Below are positions 57,011-64,000 of a DNA stretch of 64,000 nt, in pieces. The first letter of the stretch is position 1, and every line of letters begins with the position of its first letter. Below the pieces are notes generated by a model. The model saw nothing but the letters and a program-made list of their open reading frames with translations, made no database searches and was not told where the DNA came from. The position numbers and the translations under genes were made by a program. The DNA is from Minisyncoccia bacterium (GTDB lineage Bacteria > Patescibacteriota > Minisyncoccia > Phycocordibacterales > UBA9973), in the NCBI GenBank assembly GCA_041737125.1, contig JBGSSJ010000003.1, positions 15,718 to 79,717 on the forward strand, written 5' to 3'.

Positions 57011-57616
57011 ATGAAAACAATTATAACAATCCTTATTATTATCGCTGTTGGTGCTGGTATATGGTATGCCGTACAGACGAAGCCTGATGCAAATGTGCCT
57101 CAAGCAATAGTAAGTGATGTGAATACAAATACAACAGAAGAAGTGAAAGTAGAGAATACAACAACAGAGGCTGACTTTATTACAGGCAAGACGGTAGACA
57201 ATACAAATGTAAAAATTGGGTTTAAAGGTTTCGGTCCAGGTAAAGAGCACATAGGTTCATTTGCTAAGATTGATTCTAAGCTCGCAGTAGATGGAGCAAG
57301 TATCAAAGGTACAGTAGTCGCAGATCTTAATTCTATCAGTACAGACACTGAGAAAGTTACAGCTCATTTGAAAACAGCAGACTTCTTCGACACTGCGAAG
57401 TACCCAAATGCTACATTTAATCTAACTTCAATTATAGATGGTAAAGCTATGGGTAAGCTCACTGTCCACGGTGTTACGAAAGATATATCATTCCCTGTCG
57501 TAGCAAGTGCTACAGAAGTGAAGGCGACATTCAACATAGATATGAAAGAATTTGGTATAAACCAGAAGTTCGCGAACGAAGTCATCGAGCTTACAGTCAC
57601 AGTGCCCCTTAAATAG
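57011..57616 (+). CDS. YceI family protein
   Basis: H.G.F, HLK.ADFFD..KYP.ATF, G.LT.HGVTK. Confidence 0.92.
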   Translation: MKTIITILIIIAVGAGIWYAVQTKPDANVPQAIVSDVNTNTTEEVKVENTTTEADFITGKTVDNTNVKIGFKGFGPGKEHIGSFAKIDSKLAVDGASIKGTVVADLNSISTDTEKVTAHLKTADFFDTAKYPNATFNLTSIIDGKAMGKLTVHGVTKDISFPVVASATEVKATFNIDMKEFGINQKFANEVIELTVTVPLK

Positions 57617-57621
57617 TATTT

Positions 57622-57661
57622 AAAATAAAACACCCCGACACAAGTCGGGGTGTTTTATTTT
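57622..57661. terminator. Terminator
   Basis: AAAATAAAACACCCCGAC-ACAA-GTCGGGGTGTTTTATTTT. Confidence 0.85.
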
Positions 57662-57687
57662 GTATTTATATGTGTGATAATAAATGC

Positions 57688-58285
57688 ATGAACAAAATAA
57701 TACTAAATAATGAGGATTATAAAGTTACGACTAGTAAACCTACCCTACTTGGTTATCTATGGCGAGAAGTCCGGAGGATCACATTTTACTATTACGCTTA
57801 TGGTGGATCTATATAAGTCAGGGGACAAGATACTTTTCTTCACTGCTTTCCCTATGGCGAAAGATAATTTCTTGGAACAGATTGGAGGTGTGAATGGAGA
57901 TGTTGCTTTTGTTAACTCGGTGGAAGATTTGGAAAACCACAAAGAAAGTAGAGCGATAATACTTGATAGTGGAAATGAAAGTTTATTTACTGATGCAGTA
58001 AGATTACTCCCAGATGTAAATGAAAGAATAATATTAGTGAAAAATATAGAAGCATTCAGTGCTCGTGTATTTGAGGCATGTTTACCTTTGGATAATATTG
58101 TTCTATCTGGTTATATAGATGCTTGTGTATCGAAAGACGAAATTATGGAGAAGAAATACAATAGTATGGTTGTGTTTACTAAACCAGAGATTACGCTTCC
58201 ATTAGAAGTTCCCGAACTTCCTAAATGGACTGGATATTTATCAAGTGAAAATAAAAGTGGAATGATTAAGGTTCAAATAAATTAA
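57688..58285 (+). pseudogene. Hypothetical protein, possibly frameshifted near 57736 (ORF track start 57710)
   Basis: Leaderless-type ATG at 57688 is out of frame with the body by +1. Confidence 0.45.
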
Positions 58286-58289
58286 ATAT

Positions 58290-59987
58290 ATGGAAACAAA
58301 GCTCTGCCAAAATTGCAAAAAGGATTTCATTATAGACGAGCGGGATGCTCTTTATTATAAGAAGATAAATGTCCCTCACCCTACTTGGTGCCCCCTGTGT
58401 CGATTTGAACGTAGAATGTCTACGCATAATGTATGGAGTGTGTATTGGCGTAATTGCGATAAGTGTGAGAAGAAAGTGCTTTCAATGTACAACAAAGATA
58501 ACTCTATTACCGTGTACTGTCCTTCGTGTTGGTGGGCAGATGATTGGGATGGCACAGAGTACGGTATGGATTATGATACAAGTAAGAATTTCTTTGATCA
58601 ACTCTATGAACTTTCACGCAAGACTCCGTGGGTGGCACAGGAAACTGTCGCTCCAACTATGATTAATTCAGAGTATTGTAACGGTGCATCATACTTGCGT
58701 AATTGCTATCTGACGTTTTGGGCAGATTATTCTGAGAACATTACACATTCATCTATGATGTTGGAATTTAAAGATTCATCAGATTGTCTGAGGACTCAAT
58801 ACTCTGAACTGTGTTACGAGTCTATAGGTATAAATAAATGTTATCAAACATTCTTCTCTGAAGAGTGTGATGCTTGTACTGACGTATGGTTCTCTCGGAA
58901 CTGTTATAACTGCACAAACTGTATAGGCTGTGCGAACTTGCGCGGTGAGTCATACTGTATCTTTAACCAGAAATATTCTAAAGAAGACTATGCTATTAAA
59001 ATAAAAGAACTAGGTCTCGATTCTTGGGATAAATTACAAGATCTTCAAAAAACTTCTCGTTCTTTCTGGCTTACTCTACCTTATAGAGAGTACAGTGGTA
59101 ACTCTTTGAACGTAAATGTGACCGGGGAGTATACCTATGAGTCAAAGAATTCTCTGGATATGTATATATGTAATAACGCTGAAGAGTGTCGTTACTGTCA
59201 GTTTATAACTGTACCTTCTTCTAAAGAGTGTTACGATTACTCGGGTTGGGGAGCGAATGTTGAGCTTATGTACGAATCTCATTCGAGTGGTGAGAACGCA
59301 AGTAATATTAAATTCTCATACTGTGCTTATACTAACTCGATGAATGTAGAATACTCTATGTGGACCATTGCAGGGAAAGATAACTTTGGTTGTGCGAATT
59401 TGAAACGCAAAAAGTATTGCATTCTGAATAAAGAATATACAAAAGAAGAATATGAAAAGCTCAAAGGACAGATTATAGAAGATATGAAGAAGAATCCATA
59501 CATAGACGAGCAAGGTCGCGTGTGGAGCTACGGGGAAACTTTCCCTCTGAAAATGAGTCTCTTCAGCTACAATGAGACAAGTGGCGCAAAATTCATTTCA
59601 AAAACGAAAGAGCAAGCACTTAAAGAAGGATATACTTGGTATGAAGGAGAAACTCCTAGTCATGCCATCACGATGGAAAATACAGATATACCAGACACTC
59701 TGTCTATTACCAAAGATACGATTACGGATGAAGTCATAGAGTGTGGCGAGTGTAAGCGTGGATACAAGATTGGTCCTCTAGAATATACACTTCTAAATAA
59801 AATGAGTATACCTATCCCCCACTCTTGCCCTAAATGTAGAGAGAATGCTCGCTTCGCTCGCCTCAATCCCCCAAAGCTTTGGAATCGTGCCTGCACCAAA
59901 TGTAGCAAAGATATAAATACAGCTTTCGCTCCGGATCGCGCGGAAATTATTTATTGTGAAAAGTGCTACCAACAAGAATTCGTATAG
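58290..59987 (+). CDS. Cys-rich multi zinc-ribbon protein, paralog of 45399..47081
   Basis: Same architecture; ends IIYCEKCYQQEFV. Confidence 0.85.
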   Translation: METKLCQNCKKDFIIDERDALYYKKINVPHPTWCPLCRFERRMSTHNVWSVYWRNCDKCEKKVLSMYNKDNSITVYCPSCWWADDWDGTEYGMDYDTSKNFFDQLYELSRKTPWVAQETVAPTMINSEYCNGASYLRNCYLTFWADYSENITHSSMMLEFKDSSDCLRTQYSELCYESIGINKCYQTFFSEECDACTDVWFSRNCYNCTNCIGCANLRGESYCIFNQKYSKEDYAIKIKELGLDSWDKLQDLQKTSRSFWLTLPYREYSGNSLNVNVTGEYTYESKNSLDMYICNNAEECRYCQFITVPSSKECYDYSGWGANVELMYESHSSGENASNIKFSYCAYTNSMNVEYSMWTIAGKDNFGCANLKRKKYCILNKEYTKEEYEKLKGQIIEDMKKNPYIDEQGRVWSYGETFPLKMSLFSYNETSGAKFISKTKEQALKEGYTWYEGETPSHAITMENTDIPDTLSITKDTITDEVIECGECKRGYKIGPLEYTLLNKMSIPIPHSCPKCRENARFARLNPPKLWNRACTKCSKDINTAFAPDRAEIIYCEKCYQQEFV

Positions 59988-60042
59988 AAAATACCCACTT
60001 TTAGTATTTGCATTATTTCAATACATTAGCTATATTAAGTAT

Positions 60043-60174
60043 ATGAAAAATAATCAGTCAAAGTTTCTCATTCGTCTCATTCTCACACCATATTTGATGG
60101 CTGATTCTTGTGTTTAATCTCTCTCCTATAAAATGATTAAATCTAAAAATGAGCCATCAAATGGTTCATTTTTT
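60043..60174 (+). promoter_or_regulatory. Candidate leader peptide and attenuator
   Basis: 24-aa ORF 60043-60117; 60092-60102 is complementary to 60152-60162 inside terminator 60145-60174. Confidence 0.6.
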
Positions 60175-60246
60175 GTTCTTTTTATTTTTTAACCCCGCTT
60201 GATTAAAAATTAAAAATTAATGATCAAGCAACAAAATTTTCTAATT

Positions 60247-60468
60247 ATGGAAATTGATCTAAATTTTGGTTCGACTCGTTTTGTAACTCAAAAGTCCACA
60301 GGAAAGGTGCTTGCAAGGTGTCCTAGTTGTCGCGGTTATCATGAGACTGATAAAAATGGCGACATACCTTCACACGATTATCTTGTGCCAGAGTCGGACG
60401 TTAATGATCCTGTGCTAAATTTACCGAAGGTAACAACTCAACCACAATCATTTGTCATGGTAAGTTGA
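60247..60468 (+). CDS. Small orphan protein with CxxC/His (possible Zn ribbon)
   Basis: CPSCRGYH...SH; hairpin and T-tract downstream. Confidence 0.55.
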   Translation: MEIDLNFGSTRFVTQKSTGKVLARCPSCRGYHETDKNGDIPSHDYLVPESDVNDPVLNLPKVTTQPQSFVMVS

Positions 60469-60533
60469 AATACATTTACCCCCTATCTTTTAACCCCCCA
60501 AGCATAATAATGCGAAAGGGGTTTTATTTTTTA

Positions 60534-62075
60534 TTACACTTTATGTTTCTTATGTAGCTTATCTACCTCTTCTTGTTCAAGTCTGTCTTTCTCTTCTTTT
60601 GCTTTCTCACCTAGGTTTCTGAGTTCTTCATCGGATAACTTGTTGAGCTCTAGGGCCTCACCCTTCAGATACTCTATTGTATTCTTCTTCGGATCTTCTA
60701 GTACAACTTCAAGTAATGCATGGAGAATCCACCCCATTCTTCTCGATGGTTTCATGTGTAACTCTTTTATTAATACTTCGCCATCGATTGCAAGCTGACT
60801 GACGGATAGCGGATCACGAAGCACTTCATCTATCATTGCGTGATACTTGCGGAGTCTGTATGGAGCCTCTGCTTTCTTCATGCCTACCCTGTCGCATTCG
60901 CGTATCTCCATGAGCTCCCATATATGCTCCTTCCCTACTTTTTGTACGATACGGCGCACAGCTGAAAGGCTAATCTGCTCTGTGTCAGAGAAGAACATAT
61001 GATTACGTACAAGGGATACTACTAGATCTATTGTTTTCCTTGGGTACTTTAACCTTTCCATTATTATCTTCACCATCCTTGCTCCTATAACTTCATGACC
61101 GTAGAAAGTATAAGCCTTTTTCGTGCCCGGCCTTCTACTGCGAGGCTTGCCTATGTCGTGGAATAGTGCGGCCAACCTTATCTCTGTGCTGTATCCTTTG
61201 TTTGTAGCATGGTCGAGTGCTCCTAGTAAATGCTCGAATACATCGTATATATGGGCACCACCTTGCTCGCAACCAATTCCCTCCTCTAACTCCGGAATTA
61301 TGTATTTGAGTAAATTAAATTTCTGTAGGAAGATTATCCCTTGAGTGCTATTCTTACTTTCAATTATTTTGGTGAATTCATCACGAATTCTCTCCATCGA
61401 GATGTTCTTGATAAGTTCAGAGTTTTCCACAATTGCAGTCATTGTGTCACTAGATATAGCAAACCCTAGTTGTGAGGAGAATCTAATGGCACGGAGCATG
61501 CGCAAAGCATCTTCATTGAACCTATCACTTGGTTCACCCACAGCCCTCACTATTTTGTCCTTTATGTCCTTTATTCCCTCATACAGGTCTATAATTTGTC
61601 CTTTATGAGGATTATAGGCTAAAGCATTAACTGTGAAGTCTCGTCTCTTAAGATCATCTTCTATTTTGTCGCTAAACTTTACTTGGTCCGGATGTCTGAA
61701 ATCACTATATTTAGCTTCAATTCTATAGGGCGTGACCTCAATTATCTCGTATTTTGTTACATGTGTAACACTCAAATCAGCGTTTTTAGCTGTTTCATGG
61801 GAAACATTAGGCATTTCAGCTTCTAGTTCTTCTGGAATCGGGATGCATACTCCCACTGTGCCAAAGTCATTTTCATATACAGTTTTCTCAAATAGAGGCA
61901 TTATTTCTTCTGGTTTGGCGTTAGTCGTTACATCCCAGTCTTTAGGATCTCTACCCATAATCAGGTCTCGGACACAGCCACCCACAAGAAAAACCTCAAA
62001 CCCTGCTTTCTCCAAGGTTTCTGTTACATGTGTAACACTTGATGGTATTTTTGAGTTTTCTATGTTTGGTTTCAT
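60534..62075 (-). CDS. cca: CCA tRNA nucleotidyltransferase with HD domain
   Basis: GGCVRD, DWD, RRDFTVNA, EDALRMLRAIRF, FHDIGK; the upstream ORF extension is only repeat sequence. Confidence 0.92.
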   Translation of the reverse strand: MKPNIENSKIPSSVTHVTETLEKAGFEVFLVGGCVRDLIMGRDPKDWDVTTNAKPEEIMPLFEKTVYENDFGTVGVCIPIPEELEAEMPNVSHETAKNADLSVTHVTKYEIIEVTPYRIEAKYSDFRHPDQVKFSDKIEDDLKRRDFTVNALAYNPHKGQIIDLYEGIKDIKDKIVRAVGEPSDRFNEDALRMLRAIRFSSQLGFAISSDTMTAIVENSELIKNISMERIRDEFTKIIESKNSTQGIIFLQKFNLLKYIIPELEEGIGCEQGGAHIYDVFEHLLGALDHATNKGYSTEIRLAALFHDIGKPRSRRPGTKKAYTFYGHEVIGARMVKIIMERLKYPRKTIDLVVSLVRNHMFFSDTEQISLSAVRRIVQKVGKEHIWELMEIRECDRVGMKKAEAPYRLRKYHAMIDEVLRDPLSVSQLAIDGEVLIKELHMKPSRRMGWILHALLEVVLEDPKKNTIEYLKGEALELNKLSDEELRNLGEKAKEEKDRLEQEEVDKLHKKHKV

Positions 62076-62083
62076 GAGAAACG

Positions 62084-62400
62084 TTATTTTGTGGTCAGGC
62101 ATAGTTTTCTGCAGAAAACTTGCACGACCCTGGCTCGGCCCGTCGGCCTCCGCCTTGCACAAAATGCTCAGCATTTTGTGCACCCAGAGGGAATTTCGAT
62201 CATTACAGGATCTGTACACCTTTCGTATCGTACTTGCTTCGCTCCGTGCGATATACTCAAGGTTTTTCGAATCCCTCAAAAAACATGTCGTTTATTTTGT
62301 GGTCAGGCATAGTTTTCTGCAGAAAACTTGCACGACCCTGGCTCGGCCCGTCGGCCTCCGCCTTGCACAAAATGCTCAGCATTTTGTGCACCCAGAGGGA
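62084..62400 (-). repeat. Two identical 109-bp direct repeats including the tRNA-Arg 3' end
   Basis: 62084-62192 = 62292-62400. Confidence 0.92.
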
Positions 62401-62458
62401 TTCGAACCCCCAATGACAGTTCCGAAGACTGTAGTGATATCCATTTCACTATGGGTGC
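62387..62458 (-). tRNA. tRNA-Arg(UCG)
   Basis: GCACCCA acceptor stem; ACAGT-CTTCGGA-ACTGT anticodon arm; GTTCGAATC; no encoded CCA. Confidence 0.93.
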
Positions 62459-62601
62459 AATATTTATAATTTGAATATTTTACGACGTTTTAATTGTATA
62501 CTAAATAAATGTATTAGTAAATAACATTATAAAATAAGACTAGAATTAATTATTGCATTTTTGTTCAAAAACCATTATACTTTATAAGTTATTTTAATTT
62601 T

Positions 62602-62672
62602 GCGGGATTGGTTTAGTGGTAGAACACGTCCTTGCCAAGGATGAGACAGGAGTTCGATTCTCCTATCCCGCA
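62602..62672 (+). tRNA. tRNA-Gly(GCC)
   Basis: GCGGGAT acceptor stem; anticodon loop CTTGCCAAG; GTTCGATTC; no encoded CCA. Confidence 0.95.
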
Positions 62673-62929
62673 CAAATTTTAAGTCCAATAAAAAACATCT
62701 CTGACTTTTATTCGTCTTTTATACACAAAAATAAACCTTTAAAATTAAGAATTTTGTGGATAACTATGTGTGCATTGTTGATAAAAGACAAATTGATTAT
62801 TATTTAGCCTCATATTTTAACGGTCTAGTTTGGTAAATATGCTTGTTTTATAAGGTTACTATTGAAGGACAGAGTATTTTAGGTTTATCTGTGTCTTATA
62901 ATGTGAAATTTAGTTTCACGTGAAACAAT

Positions 62930-63367
62930 ATGAAGAAATTTACTTCAGATTCACAAAAAATTGGTCAATTAGGGGAGGATATAGCATGTAAGTTTCTCAT
63001 GAAACATGGTTTTGAAGTGCTAGAAAGAAATTATACTAAGAAATGGGGAGAGATAGATATAATTGCTCAGAAAGAAGACAAATTGTATTTTATAGAAGTT
63101 AAGTCTGTTTCCCGCCCATTAGAAAATGTTGGCGGACAGGCATGCTCCACAGATGGTAATGTTACACGAGAAACAAATCCGTTCACAAGTCGCCCAGAGG
63201 AAAATATGCATCCATGGAAGCTCAAAAGACTCTCAAGAACTATTCAGACTTATTTAATACATAAAAGAATAGGGAACACACCTTGGCAATTCGATCTATT
63301 GCTAGTTTATATAGATACGAAGAATAGGGTAGCAAGAGTAAGAAAAATAGAAAATATTATCTTATAA
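62930..63367 (+). CDS. yraN: YraN family protein
   Basis: G.LGE.IA..FL...G..VLERNY....GEIDII, FIEVK, FD. Confidence 0.92.
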   Translation: MKKFTSDSQKIGQLGEDIACKFLMKHGFEVLERNYTKKWGEIDIIAQKEDKLYFIEVKSVSRPLENVGGQACSTDGNVTRETNPFTSRPEENMHPWKLKRLSRTIQTYLIHKRIGNTPWQFDLLLVYIDTKNRVARVRKIENIIL

Positions 63368-63370
63368 GTG

Positions 63371-64000
63371 TTATATGGCTTTAGTTTGTGCCCACGCTAG
63401 TTCAAATATAATCTTTCTATAAAAATGAGCAATATCCACATTCTCTATGACTGTGCATGTAAGCTTTCCTTCTGTGAAAGATTGAATAGCTAGACTATCA
63501 TTCCAACTGAAGATGCCAGCCTTCCATTCCGCATCCTCTGGCATGAGGCGGACCTGGATTTTATACTCGCTCGACTTGGTATTTACTTTATTAGCAAAAT
63601 CGCATGGCGGGAAAATAAGCCTTGTACGTATACCTTTTTGGGATCTACGCTCAAAATATCCTTCTAGGTATTCTGGATCAAGGAGTTCAGAAAATAATTT
63701 AACATAGGTAAATACTAAGACCTCGCCTTTGGCAGTCAGTGTTTCCTCCAGCATTTTTTTGAATCCATCTACCCCCTCATACAACTTTACTAAGGGGATA
63801 CCCCCGTCACTTGGCTTGATAGTGTTCAGTAAATCTACTGCATAGTTGATATTACCTTTGAGTAACGCTAGATCGTTCTGCCGTAGTTGGAGGAGGCTAT
63901 AGAGCACACTTGGATTTTCAGCCCCTATGTACCTTTTCTTATTTTTCCTAGTTTCATATAGTAATCCTTTCTTAAGAAGTTGCTCTACTTCAGAATATAC
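63371..64000 (-). CDS. TrmB-family transcriptional regulator, 5' part outside window
   Basis: Frame stays open to the window edge (VYSEVEQLLKKGLLYE...AENP); P.VKLYEG.DG. Confidence 0.75.
   Translation of the reverse strand, partial: VYSEVEQLLKKGLLYETRKNKKRYIGAENPSVLYSLLQLRQNDLALLKGNINYAVDLLNTIKPSDGGIPLVKLYEGVDGFKKMLEETLTAKGEVLVFTYVKLFSELLDPEYLEGYFERRSQKGIRTRLIFPPCDFANKVNTKSSEYKIQVRLMPEDAEWKAGIFSWNDSLAIQSFTEGKLTCTVIENVDIAHFYRKIIFELAWAQTKAI

Larger units (their letters stand above)
61755..63175. promoter_or_regulatory. Cluster of seven parS-like palindromes
   Basis: 16-mers at 61755, 61791, 62022, 62068, 62912, 62991, 63160 resembling TGTTTCACGTGAAACA. Confidence 0.8.

Noticed and set aside
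45399-59987. Diversity-generating retroelement acting on the Cys-rich paralogs
   Set aside because: No reverse transcriptase and no adenine-specific template/variable repeat pair seen
62076-62279. N-terminal extension of the CCA enzyme in the ORF track (581 aa)
   Set aside because: It translates the tRNA-linked repeat; the enzyme motifs start after ATG 62075
61732-62469. 245-aa plus-strand ORF with an internal repeat
   Set aside because: Antisense to cca and runs across the 109-bp repeats and the tRNA
62616-62807. 63-aa ORF
   Set aside because: Overlaps tRNA-Gly

Overview
This is a chromosomal window around the replication origin of a small-genome bacterium. Gene content and protein style point to Patescibacteria/CPR, probably Parcubacteria (inference). 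The core is dnaA-dnaN divergent from rpmH-rnpA-yidD-yidC-jag. Nearby housekeeping and competence genes are pilB-like, ruvB, ruvC, tyrS, a class A PBP, rsmA, pcrA, comM, pnp, rpsO, a Xer recombinase, xth, a CCA-adding enzyme, yraN and two tRNAs. A ~15 kb VirB4/PrgI/VirB6/pilin secretion-like cluster is followed by an array of large acidic proteins. The most unusual signals are small: (1) a 281-bp GIY-YIG nuclease mini-element with 14-bp terminal inverted repeats and an ATGA duplication, inserted at the pilB start codon; (2) a dispersed ~100-nt structured repeat family with compensatory base changes; (3) seven parS-like sites, most written into coding sequence; (4) a leader-peptide attenuator; (5) a promoter-driven hairpin RNA; (6) orphan genes carrying their own promoters, some with hairpin leaders. 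All calls come from reading the sequence by eye; no database searches were run.
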